A stretch of DNA of 64,000 nt from NCBI GenBank assembly GCA_041742135.1, contig JBGSJG010000004.1, forward strand, positions 171,773 to 235,772, read 5' to 3'. Every line of letters begins with the position of its first letter. The stretch's first letter is position 1. Shown here in pieces: positions 50,801 to 57,367 of the stretch. This stretch comes from Patescibacteria group bacterium (lineage in GTDB: Bacteria; Patescibacteriota; Microgenomatia; UBA8517). The position numbers and the translations under genes were made by a program. The notes beneath the pieces were generated by a model. That model worked only from the letters and a program-made list of their open reading frames with translations. It searched no databases and was not told where the DNA came from.

Positions 50801-53359
50801 AATAGTGGTCGTGCCGAGGTCGAGGGTTCCCGCGGACAGGGAAGCGGTACCGTCTGAAAATGACGAACCAACAAATGCACCAGCTGTCGACACGGACCAA
50901 TCGTTGCCGCCAGTTATGGCGACCGTTGTGCTGGCGTTACTGTTTCCAATACTCAATGTATCAGCAGACGTACTATTAGTTGCTATATTGATAGTGTTTG
51001 TTAGATCTGTATCAACGCCGCCAATGTCTATTGTCCGAGCTGCTCCAGCGGATCCACCTGCCAGTGAGTCGCCAATGTTAAACGGGGAAGTGTGAGAGCC
51101 AAAATTGACATAGTCAATTGATACATCTATTTCGTCCGCAGGGTCTTCGTTAACCAAGAAATCGTAAGCATTGAAGCTAAGAACTGTCCCATCAACTTCG
51201 CTTCCACCTTCTTCTTTTACGCTTACAACGGCCGAGCTTAAGCCACCCGTGTCGTCAGCACAGTACCAGCCACCTGAAGTGCCAGCCCCGCCGTCATCTA
51301 AATCCGTGTCCCACTTAAGAACCTGACCTGCTGTACAGCCTCGGATTAAAGATAATCCGTCTGAAATCACCTCAAGACCAGATACGCTCGAGTTTGTGGC
51401 CGAGGCAGCAAAAGTTGTACCCGTGGCCAAGGTCAAAGCATCGGCATCAAGTTTGCCAGTCGCTAAGGTCAGCGCTTCATTCCCGCTACCTGCATATAAA
51501 ATGCCATCAAGTTCAAATGATCCTTCGACATATGCGTCTTCGCCGTTAAGAGACTGGGTCGGGGTGCCATTTCCAATTTTCAAATTGCCTGCTAAGACAT
51601 TAAGTAGGCCATTTGCTCCAACTGTAAGATTTACATTGCCTGATGCATCAGCTGTTAGGATTGGGTCTGTAACTCCTACCCCCGAAGAGTACAAGGTTAA
51701 GCTGCCATTTAGAGATTCGTCAACACCTGCGCTGAAGCTTCCGGTTGATACATCAAAGAAAAACGGAGCAGTAGATGATGTTCCCCCAAATGCCACATCA
51801 AAGCCAGCCGTGCTACTGCTGTTTGTCGGGTAAATTACATCGGGAGTGGGAGTTGTGTTTACTGTCCACTTTGAGGAGCCAGAGCCGACCGCGGAGCTTA
51901 TGTCTTCAAGCACAGTCTGCAGGTCAGTTGCTAGAGTCTGCGAAATGCTTGTGTTATCTACGCCTATTAGTCCGGCACCTGAGGCACCCGCCGCAAAATC
52001 ATTCAAGCCAATCGCGCCAATTGTGAGATCGGCTCCTGTGGCTAGTGTTAAATTACCACTGTTGTCTATTGTTACAACATTGGTTCCATCTGATTGTTCA
52101 AACACTGCAAGCAGGGAAGTTTGAGTCGCATTTGCCTGCACAAGCAATTGGATTTCATCTGTGTCCCCGTCAACGGCCAATTTTGCCAAATCGGTTGAGC
52201 CACCTATGTTGACATTGTCGGTTGTTGTCGTAAGAGCTACCAAGGTCCCGGAATCAGACCAAGCATTAACAACCGACCCTGCGACGTCCGTCCAGGTAAA
52301 TGCGCTGGTTGAAGAGTTGTAAGTAAGAACATAGCCGTTCGTGGGTGAGTTCGATGCGTTTAGATCTACTTCAGTAATAGTACCATCTGCTATTTCGCTT
52401 GTATCAATAGAGTCTCCCAAGGGTGAAACAGTTGCTGTTAGCGCGCCATCCACAATTGATATGCCAGTACCAGTAAAATCAGTGACTGTATCAGTACCGA
52501 GAGTAAAAGAAGCAGCTTGTGCATCTCCATCTATGGTTGCGTCAAGGGCTACACTTAGAGATCCGGATAACGTATTATTTACCGCAAAGAGATTTCCGTT
52601 GAACTCAGAATCTCCGGAAACAAACAAATCACCGTCTTCCAAATCAATATTTGCTGCTAAGCCGTCACCGATTGAAACTCCGCCGCCCAGAGGTTGAATC
52701 AACAAATCCTCGCTTGAAACAAGTTCGTTGCCAATCAAGTTAAGCGTACCTTCAATATTGACATCGTTCGTAAAGTTAGACTCTATGTTTACATTAAATT
52801 GGGTTGATAAAAGTGAATCGCGAGTGGCAAGAACTTGGCTTGTTTTATACGCAAAGTTAACATTTTCTGTGCCTAAAGACGTGCGGAAAAGAGGAAGCGA
52901 CTCTTTAGACCGATCAATAATGCCGGAATTTAAAATTAGCAGGCTTACGATTGTGAAGACGACTGTGAACTTAACACTTCTTGCTATTCTCTCTTGTTTT
53001 AAATGCAAAGGTCTAAAAATTCGAGGTTGATATTCCGCATTTGGTGCTTTTTGTGTTTCTTTGCGCTGTGGCAAGGGAGCACTAAAGCTCTGTTCTGGGT
53101 AAGCTTGAAACGGTTTTGGGGCAGGTGGTACATGCTTCGGAAAAGCCTGCACAGGAGTGAACGAGGGAGCCTGGATTGTGGCTTGCTTATGATGGCTTCG
53201 TTTAAACGAAATGAGGTCAGCTAATAGGTATCTGCGGTGGCCACCCTCTGTGCGCTGAGCATTTATCTTGCCGCTTTCTTCCCACCTTCGAAGAGTTTTT
53301 GAGGAGACTTTCAGGTAAGTGGCGGCCTGTTGGATTGTTAGATACTTTTGGGCTGGCAT
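38861..53359 (-). CDS. giant (4832 aa) protein: MerR/BldC-like HTH, TM, tail-fibre-like repeats, peptidase-G2-like chaperone domain, C-terminal beta domain
   Basis: YLTIQQAATYLKVSSKTLRRWE..G.INAQRTEGGHRRY; TM near aa 130-146; GNVGIG and C.STGNC modules; GSDLAEWF...VIGIVSTDPG...ALAGRVPVKV. Confidence 0.88.
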   Translation of the reverse strand: MPAQKYLTIQQAATYLKVSSKTLRRWEESGKINAQRTEGGHRRYLLADLISFKRSHHKQATIQAPSFTPVQAFPKHVPPAPKPFQAYPEQSFSAPLPQRKETQKAPNAEYQPRIFRPLHLKQERIARSVKFTVVFTIVSLLILNSGIIDRSKESLPLFRTSLGTENVNFAYKTSQVLATRDSLLSTQFNVNIESNFTNDVNIEGTLNLIGNELVSSEDLLIQPLGGGVSIGDGLAANIDLEDGDLFVSGDSEFNGNLFAVNNTLSGSLSVALDATIDGDAQAASFTLGTDTVTDFTGTGISIVDGALTATVSPLGDSIDTSEIADGTITEVDLNASNSPTNGYVLTYNSSTSAFTWTDVAGSVVNAWSDSGTLVALTTTTDNVNIGGSTDLAKLAVDGDTDEIQLLVQANATQTSLLAVFEQSDGTNVVTIDNSGNLTLATGADLTIGAIGLNDFAAGASGAGLIGVDNTSISQTLATDLQTVLEDISSAVGSGSSKWTVNTTPTPDVIYPTNSSSTAGFDVAFGGTSSTAPFFFDVSTGSFSAGVDESLNGSLTLYSSGVGVTDPILTADASGNVNLTVGANGLLNVLAGNLKIGNGTPTQSLNGEDAYVEGSFELDGILYAGSGNEALTLATGKLDADALTLATGTTFAASATNSSVSGLEVISDGLSLIRGCTAGQVLKWDTDLDDGGAGTSGGWYCADDTGGLSSAVVSVKEEGGSEVDGTVLSFNAYDFLVNEDPADEIDVSIDYVNFGSHTSPFNIGDSLAGGSAGAARTIDIGGVDTDLTNTINIATNSTSADTLSIGNSNASTTVAITGGNDWSVSTAGAFVGSSFSDGTASLSAGTLDLGTTTIDDGDFNGAWTFDSNLTFDEATNDLVLAVADQTNGAFTLTIPSLTANADLCLSTGNCAGAGGGVTESGTQADTQIAYFTGDGVLSSSANFSFDLDADTENLLSLASTGLTTGNAFDLTATYIPTAGGTQSAIDINLTNNASSSANTLRGLDIGFTDAGTLTNTIYGAYIDVTTANANDTTYAASFLGGNVGIGDSSPAALFTVGSGDPFQVDNLGAVTALTYNALTLTEGASQFSIAGGTGSSRTLTVNGDATLSGTNTGDQNLFSSIVVPTQTTITPSSTTTALNVAAGTGVTLATDNSTKTLTISATGTGGDVVGPASATDNAIARFNLTTGKLIQDSTVTISDLGDITLTKEDPSLIFNAGAASDTKFWAGVVDDNGNDDDDLFQIGDGATPGTNPFLTILTDGKVGVGTAGPDAALDILTTSDEKLRLTETDGSAFTSFSVSDTGDLTINSSGGDVNITDRIGGVLGFTQTQGAFSVDLTTGQKATFGNNLANTDSIAIEPQNLTATNAFTGTITSEDLTDDRTYTLPDGSGTFALLDVTQIFTGENTFQGNLNFGDAAADTITVTGSFDSSLNFLDAATGTAYAITGSDASTNGNAGGALSVIAGSGLTTGAGGNLVLASGDSPSGTDGYLSFLTGGASGTERFRIQADGTFLFEKGSNDLTLSVTAPSGASRIATIPALSADDTFVFTTLQQSLSNKTLVSPTLSGNTTVDLATNDLTLAFADQTSGAYTLTFPVITDNRTVCTTEGNCFGSGGGGVSYTSQTTNALTKFSSTAGEITSSNLLDDGTNLYTTKTITNSGTMFDFNLTLGADADADIVSALNIDVTSANTGDADELYGININNLASVDATVIESAIRIGEDWQNIFEIEGSTDDANDLYIIAEDPTADRTYTIPYEGSDAEFCLSTGNCAGVGGTGDVVGPASSTDHAIARFDLTTGKLIQNSSVTIDDSGNLSTGGTLTAATTGSLNGLNVNSGALGAVTGFTQTSGVFSSTLSTTNSATFSSSTANTDTIAIKPQTTSAAASFTGTLTSLDLTGSDKTWSLPNTTGTIALTSDIPTSDNYQNWVLQADAGSNQNVTTGYIVDFSGSNGITTTAGANSLAIAGVDATTSTKGVASFNDSYFTVTSGDVTIDDIYLRNNGDEGTGAYTFSLVNGAGASANSVTLSGTLGAFDNSDTFRGLYLNYANANHTGSTNAFYGIDIAGITADAEATENALNIGAGWDNGIYSGSNITLAANTLLDLSAIDPESTSSYGLKLPTGTSLSSTGPGGSAEGYLAYESDTNLVKVWDGSAWASISGASTTLQQAYTSGNTIDITSGEGALDIDAQTANVDFEVGEGTDTGDFRIWDGATNWLLVDEGADTIQLGAAAGNGLILGDAATGDNSAEVSIFSSDWEISSAGAITGATYEGLTITTSTGTLDIANGKTLNIDNSLTFAGVDSDTWTFPAATGASGTVVGRDEQQTLTNKTLTSPRIGTAILDTNGNELINLTATGSAVNELTLANAAALGNPTWTATGASTDIGISNILKADGTFGLSSTTANSDTISIKPQTTSAASFTGTLTSLDLTGSNKTWSLPNETGTICTTGSVCTGYQAAGTYDNYVSWSVADDDTDTYAIVASNILRFTSSDGNVLTNLTNGDDGDENLDFTVNLLGDLVAGAGLTGGADNILVGADVDRTVTVGDGVGITVNADDIAFNATELDDIIWSDNANASNTWTFDVSGTDPQLIFGNNTITVGAGTLATDESTFNLINTTATTLNLGGAATTFNIGPTGSGAGNILLAGGSGDTGCTLDQSNGNLNCSGTITGSNGALASTLQNAYDNDANGSDSLITLSGDDDSLIFRNPTASAGTDSAFVLQLDNIDTGVTTADFKNLYVTNAGTFDTTAGNLATYGGYYLNSATESAGGNALNNYGIYTQASGGDYNNAINAYALNTSSSARTLLGVYASAYDLGTASSGTATVKGLYADSVAGVNSTGSNITGYGVHINAQFGGGAGTITGYGLYINANAGPADSYHSIYSAGGQSYHAGNFGIGDSSPAAALSVGNGDLFQVSSTGDVSFVGTGDLITKASSGDADDLDISVTGATNSSLILSSAGTGADALSLNTSAGGIDINSAGNVTVDTTDGSITLTAGGASNGDITLAATDDISINGTAGSALNIGTSNVTQTINIGLATNIDLALTDPNWSITGAGAGTLASLLVDSTTLDANSLSSSGALGLNSTGANLSLTTTTSGDISLDPAGGGDITLVTANASGSYLNISGLTSGSGNALCVDGSNNVVTCTVGSGGVSGSGTEDFLPRWDSSGSNLVDSALSDNDTTLSIAASRNLSVLNVNAAAGSSNAATLSGTLGAFDNSDTFRGLYLNYTNADHAGTSNAFYGIDIAAITGDAQATENAINIGSGWDSNLFFNDTTTSIGIADTGVFTLEDAAGNDLLTLTDNSNAGDLSITGDLVVSGGNITGPSGAALVVAGDASQALTLTGNAASVWSTTAGNLSVLANSDTANLLLGGGDTLPSQVADGNDVDIRAEDDIILNASGDIRLYDGGAALNCSGSANGGVLTTDANGVITCGDDDTGASSVTLQTAYNNDTDTGNTTIAFTAADDSIVFSNPDATGTDSAFIFQLDNLDTTADGITDYLLLNTASTDTTADAIDVSDAGFFNAINVGANNIAGTTAVINFDNFDVASTGNITVAAGVGLDTNGAGELQLGYTTATTVSVGTTAATTLNLGAGGALTRAFNIGTGTGADTINIGTGGSTADDINIGGLATSTIGLLGVTSVGDGGATNYAQFNATGDLTFVGTADTIVGPATFNLLNSASTQINFGGAATTFNIGPTGSGAGNIVFAGGSGDTGCTLDQSNGNLVCSGNITGAATGTVGYWTRTGTTLTTATGADNVTVDGTLDANGVFTIGDGGDTGAISSTTLDIDATGALQINSSGGAISIGNDAVAQAINIGTGSAARTITVGNNTGASALAFTSGTGAQTFTSSAATTGAFAFVGDSISSGTGFDLSFDALAGGKGINLTSTSTAVTTGNLFSSSLSGASAFSGNLNLFEFSGAATATGDLVRINLGASSNIGNLLNITDNGTTLFSVSESQITSALPHQFTSAGDVSFAYDIIMANQTASNISSLGPITLEAGESFESNDLTLKTYNAGDLVADIGGNLVVSSADPAIVFDTLTATDTDFWMAVIEDAGGDDDDLFQIGDGTTIGTNPFLTVNTSGGVGIADVSPSGTWLDIGANTTAIASLRLNASSAVNVSSPAIGDLWFNGTNLNFRKDGSTTVDLLAAGTTPTLQQAYEAGETIDVDSTNGALTIAGVSANIDFEIGSGTDTGDFRIWDGTNNWLLVDEDASTVNLGNANGATALNLTSGTGAQTFTSSASTTGSFAFVADSITSGTGFDLSFDGLAAGKGINLTSTSTAVTTGSLFSSSLSGASAFSGNLNLIEYTGAATATGDLLRINIGASSNVGNLFNITDNGSSLFAVNETQITSALPHQFTAAGDVTMAYDLVFTNQTASVVKSYGPLTIESGESFENQNLTLKTYGTGKIIADGGFSLGAQETLEDSTTPSVGGASHFVAANSTNRLVTTFDDGTAGQIIVIESSDTDLDFDCAGSEATINCGNVDLAAAAGDIFVWIYDGTVWNLINFMESNSDQTGSDLAEWFPANGEIAAGEVVSIDGSDPIKVQRALESDGQRVIGIVSTDPGLILGQAEEGIPYAQVALAGRVPVKVDPTSAAIANGDLVGAAATAGMAKKVDGGWVIGRALEAWTPGSGQETVTVFVNPIYVNQTQFAQTNYDQQILDLQSSLSLIQSQLDLGEETSSSGVFTDLTVNQLTVLEDAVLSDTVINGKLNIGTIQIDNANNSIDAIGALKIQPLALGNIEFMGGLISFDTNGNIVAQTVTAEKYKVAGASAGTGILLSGTTEVEIESDLVNASSLILVTPKAALAYPMAVTAKEEGVGFTVSVQFPENYDVEFDWFIVDKN

Positions 53360-53399
53360 TTGGGCATTTATTGATTACTGAAATATTAGACTTTTAATC

Positions 53400-53425
53400 T
53401 TAGACATTAAGCTTGATTTGTCCAA
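53400..53425. promoter_or_regulatory. dyad operator candidate, copy 1 (TTAGACA-N12-TGTCCAA)
   Basis: Imperfect inverted repeat 40 nt upstream of the giant gene's ATG; minus-strand TTGACA at 53453-53458. Confidence 0.6.
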
Positions 53426-53791
53426 TTTCATTAAGACATATTTTGGTAGTGGTGTCAATGCTTTTTAGAGCAAAATGCACGGATTTAATGTGAGGTAAAT
53501 TGCGAGTGGCGCGTTAAACGATAGATATCTTCAGTGAGGACCTTTAGAGTGTAGATCAAGCTAATAAACTAGTAAGTAGAGTAGGTGATAATGAAATGTT
53601 GTTGTGCTGTGTAGAGATAAATGCCGAAATTCTTACCAAAATTGTTTTTAGTAACGAGGCTAACTTTAATAACCGCGAGGAAGCTTTAATTTCCGCATTA
53701 TAAGCTGAGCTCATATGCTTATTGTTTTGCTTGACGATGAATATTCTTGGTGATTCGTTTATGTGACTTTTATTGCTTAATTTCTGAGAGG

Positions 53792-53817
53792 TTAGATATT
53801 AACCTTGAATTGTCCAT
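53792..53817. promoter_or_regulatory. dyad operator candidate, copy 2 (TTAGATA-N12-TGTCCAT)
   Basis: 22/25 nt identical to copy 1; ends about 38 nt upstream of the ATG at 53855. Confidence 0.6.
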
Positions 53818-53854
53818 ATTTGCTTTTTAAGTTCAGTTTAACTAGCATTAAAAG

Positions 53855-54613
53855 ATGAAACGAAGCATACTTTTATTAGTACTTTTGCTGGGATTTATTG
53901 GTGCAGCTCCGTCGTTAGCTCAGGTTGATAGTCTTGGGTTAGCTATTCCGATAGAAGTAGAAGATGAAACGACTGGTGGTGACATTATCTGCTCGCTAGA
54001 TGGCGGCTTAGGCCTTTGTAGGTCTGACTATGACCCCGCAATGTATGGAGTTATTACACAAAGCCCGTCGATTGATTTGGCTGCCCCAGATGAAAGTGGC
54101 CCGATGGCTGTAACTACTGGGGATGCAATCGTGCGAGTTTCTACAGTAAACGGGCCAATTGTCGCAGGAGACATTATTACATCATCTTCAAAGCCCGGTG
54201 TTGGGCAAAAGGCGACAGTAAACGGATTTGCTTTAGGTGTCGCAATGGAGGAGTACGCTTCCGAAGACCCTGACGACATCGGCGAAATTTTAGTGAGCAT
54301 CAATATTCATCCCACTAGTTCATTTGTTGGCTCAAGATCGAACTTGGTTTCAAGCATTCGCCAAGCTTTAAGCGCGCCAGTTGTGGCGCCTTTGGACTCA
54401 CTTAGGTATTTGTTAGCGTTTATTGTTGCGATGATATCTTTTGCACTAGGATTTATATATTTTGGTAGAGTAGTTCGAACTGGTGTCGAAGCGATAGGAA
54501 GAAACCCGTTGGCAAAAAGAGCAATTCAAGCTACTATCGCAGCCAACATAGTGGTCACGGTTGTTATTGTGTTAGCTGGACTCGGATTGGCTCTACTTAT
54601 TCTAATTGTCTAA
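53855..54613 (+). CDS. exported-domain protein with a C-terminal ATP synthase subunit c-like hairpin lacking the carboxylate
   Basis: Signal peptide; domain similar to the giant protein's G2-like region (YGVITQSP...VRVSTVNGPIVAGDIITSS.KPGVGQKA); TM-GVEAIGRNPLA-TM. Confidence 0.75.
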   Translation: MKRSILLLVLLLGFIGAAPSLAQVDSLGLAIPIEVEDETTGGDIICSLDGGLGLCRSDYDPAMYGVITQSPSIDLAAPDESGPMAVTTGDAIVRVSTVNGPIVAGDIITSSSKPGVGQKATVNGFALGVAMEEYASEDPDDIGEILVSINIHPTSSFVGSRSNLVSSIRQALSAPVVAPLDSLRYLLAFIVAMISFALGFIYFGRVVRTGVEAIGRNPLAKRAIQATIAANIVVTVVIVLAGLGLALLILIV

Positions 54614-54614
54614 A

Positions 54615-56285
54615 ATGAGTTTATTAAATCTGCCTAAATTTTTTGGATTAAGTTCGTCTAAAAAGCCCGAAAAACCTCCGGTTGTTCTCATATCTCTGGA
54701 CGGATGGGGTCTGGCTCCGGCTTCCGCTGGAAATGCGATAGCACTTGCCAAGACTCCAACAATGGACTCATTTTACGCTAATTATCCACACGGCGAGCTG
54801 ATCGCTTCAGGAGAGTCTGTCGGGCTCCCAGCAACAGAGGTTGGTAACTCCGAGGTTGGCCACTTAACTATGGGTGTGGGCAGGGTGATTTACCAAAGCT
54901 TAAAAAGAATAAACATGGCTATTGAAAACGGGACATTTTACGAGAACGAAGCCTTGAACCAAGCCGTTTTGGCTGCCAAGACTAATAAGTCAAAAATACA
55001 CTTAATAGGTCTAATTGGATCAGGTAACGTTCATTCAAACACAGACCATCTCTATGCACTTTTGCAACTATGCAAAACAAACGAGCTAAGCGAAGTTGTG
55101 CTTCATTTGTTTACGGATGGCCGTGATGCTCCACCAAAAGAAGCCAAGGAAATTATTGAGCAAATCGTTGCTCGCTTGAAAATCTTGAATATTGGCAGAA
55201 TAGGCAGTATTTCTGGACGCTTTTATGGCATGGATCGCGATGGTAAATGGGACAGGGTAGAAATGGCTTACAACGCCATGGTCCTGGGCGTAGGCCGCCA
55301 GGCAACGGACCCGATCCTGGCAGTTGAAACAGCTTACACAGCTGGTAAAACTGATGAGTTTATCGAGCCTACCGTAATTTTTGAGAATGGTAAAGCACAA
55401 ACCATTGACGACAATGATTCTTTGATCTTTTTTAATTTTAGAGTTGACCGAGCCCGCGAGCTTAGTATGGCTGTGTGCCTTCCTGATTTTGAAACTACTC
55501 AGCTAGAAAAGTATTCGCTGCAAGGAACTCCGTTTGCCAGAAAGAAAATTCCCAAAAATATCTTCACCGTTACTATGACGGAATATATCGCAGGCATGCC
55601 TGTAAAGGGAGTGGCTTTCCCTCCACAGTACAATTTTCCCGATTCTTTGCCTGAGATTTTCTCAAAGAACAATATCCCAAGTCTTCATCTGGCGGAAAGC
55701 GAAAAGGAACGCATGGTTACCTACTATTTTAGAGGCATGAGCGCGAAGCCGTTTAAAGATGAACACTCTGTAATTGTCCCGTCTCCCGGAGTAAGTACGT
55801 ATGATCTGAAGCCCGAGATGTCAGCCAAAGCGATATTAAATGAGTTTAAAAAAGAAATCCGGAAAAATTTATACCAGTTTGTGGTAATTAATTTCGCAAA
55901 TCCTGACATGGTAGCCCACACAGGCAATATCGCCGCAACAATCAAGGCTGTGGAGTACGTAGACGGGATACTCAAGGATTTGGTTGAAGAAGTGCTTGCT
56001 CGTGACGGCTTTGTAATCATTACGGCTGACCACGGTAACGCGGAGGAGTTAATAAGCTATCCTGCTCAATCTTTTTACTTCACAACGGACAAAGGTGTTA
56101 AAAATACTGACCACTCAAGCAATCCGGTGCCAGTTATTATTGTTGCAAATAGCCTCAATAAACGCTCAGACATAACATTCAAAGGAACACTGGCTGACAT
56201 AGCACCTACAATTCTTGGTATTATGAAATTACCAGTCTCGAGCGTTATGGCTGGCAAAAATTTACTTGGAGGTACAAATGAGTGA
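54615..56285 (+). CDS. gpmI: 2,3-bisphosphoglycerate-independent phosphoglycerate mutase
   Basis: LDGWG, GNSEVGH, DGRD, NFANPDMVAHTG, TADHGNAE. Confidence 0.93.
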   Translation: MSLLNLPKFFGLSSSKKPEKPPVVLISLDGWGLAPASAGNAIALAKTPTMDSFYANYPHGELIASGESVGLPATEVGNSEVGHLTMGVGRVIYQSLKRINMAIENGTFYENEALNQAVLAAKTNKSKIHLIGLIGSGNVHSNTDHLYALLQLCKTNELSEVVLHLFTDGRDAPPKEAKEIIEQIVARLKILNIGRIGSISGRFYGMDRDGKWDRVEMAYNAMVLGVGRQATDPILAVETAYTAGKTDEFIEPTVIFENGKAQTIDDNDSLIFFNFRVDRARELSMAVCLPDFETTQLEKYSLQGTPFARKKIPKNIFTVTMTEYIAGMPVKGVAFPPQYNFPDSLPEIFSKNNIPSLHLAESEKERMVTYYFRGMSAKPFKDEHSVIVPSPGVSTYDLKPEMSAKAILNEFKKEIRKNLYQFVVINFANPDMVAHTGNIAATIKAVEYVDGILKDLVEEVLARDGFVIITADHGNAEELISYPAQSFYFTTDKGVKNTDHSSNPVPVIIVANSLNKRSDITFKGTLADIAPTILGIMKLPVSSVMAGKNLLGGTNE

Positions 56286-56919
56286 AGTATATATATTATT
56301 CGGAGCGACTTTGGCTGTAGCTTTTTTTGCGGTTGCGACATTTATTGTCGTAGTGTCATATCACAAGTCGCTTAAGCGCCAGCGCGAGCTTGAGGTGGAG
56401 CTTGAGAAGCTCAAAGAGTCGGGGAATGAAGCCGCACGAGCAATTATTGCTCAGGCGCAAACAAAGGCTAACGAGATTGTTGCTAGTGCGCAGATCAAGT
56501 CCCAAGAAATCGTGCGTGCCGGAGAAATATTTTCAAGCGATTTTAAAGCTAAGTTCCAGGCCGATTTATCACAGGTACCGGTATTAATTCAACAAGAGAG
56601 TGGAAAAATGCTATCTAATATATCAAACAATATCGGTTCTCAGTTTGAGAGTGAGATGAAGGTTTTCCACGATACTGTGATCGCTGAAACATCCAAGATT
56701 AAAGATTCGTTAAGTGCGGGAATGAAGGTGGCTTATGAAAAGGCGCAAACCGAGGTGGATGAATACAAAAAACAAATGATGGATCGGATAAACTCTTCAA
56801 TTTTAGTGATTGTTGAAGATGCTGCCAAGAAGGCTTTGGGCGCAAGTTTGAGCCGAGAGGAGCACGAAAAGATAATCCTTAAAGCCTTAGACGAAGCTAA
56901 AAAACAAAATGTATTCTGA
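56278..56919 (+). CDS. atpF: F-type ATPase subunit b-like protein
   Basis: Single N-terminal TM, long coiled coil, AAKKALG...EEHEKIILKALDE ending; position before delta. Confidence 0.65.
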   Translation: MSEVYILFGATLAVAFFAVATFIVVVSYHKSLKRQRELEVELEKLKESGNEAARAIIAQAQTKANEIVASAQIKSQEIVRAGEIFSSDFKAKFQADLSQVPVLIQQESGKMLSNISNNIGSQFESEMKVFHDTVIAETSKIKDSLSAGMKVAYEKAQTEVDEYKKQMMDRINSSILVIVEDAAKKALGASLSREEHEKIILKALDEAKKQNVF

Positions 56920-57367
56920 TATCCTCTCCCAGATTCATACAAAATATGATAGCGATGCGTTGCTTTTGGGTTTGGATGCGGTGAAGAAAGCTATTTATTC
57001 AAAAGATGGCGATCTATTTGCGGCAGTCAATCAAAACATCTCAGCTAACTTGGCAGCCTTGTTGAGCCAAAAGCTCGCCGCAAATTCCCCTGATAAATAC
57101 ATTGAGGGCTTGGAGATGGAGCTGAAAAACATGAAACTCATAAAACTTGGGCTGGCTTTTATGCCTACACAAAAAACTGTAGATAGTCTGTTCGAGTGGA
57201 TTAATACTAATTTGGGCGAAGGTTTCATTGTAGATATTATGGTTAAGCCTGAAATTCTCGGAGGGGCGCTGATAGATTGTGAGGGTAAATACTTTGATGC
57301 CAGCCTTGTTAAGCTCGTCGATGAGTTTTTTAAGACCAATTCAACATTTATCAATGAAAGACTTTAA
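56909..57367 (+). CDS. atpH: F-type ATPase subunit delta-like protein (divergent)
   Basis: C-terminal VKPEILGGALIDCEGKYFDASL resembles delta/OSCP. Confidence 0.75.
   Translation: MYSDILSQIHTKYDSDALLLGLDAVKKAIYSKDGDLFAAVNQNISANLAALLSQKLAANSPDKYIEGLEMELKNMKLIKLGLAFMPTQKTVDSLFEWINTNLGEGFIVDIMVKPEILGGALIDCEGKYFDASLVKLVDEFFKTNSTFINERL

Noticed and set aside
39401-53224. Many plus-strand ORFs (60-244 aa) opposite the giant gene and the LamG genes
   Set aside because: Antisense shadows of a codon-biased Gly/Thr/Ser/Ala-rich gene, with no independent motifs.
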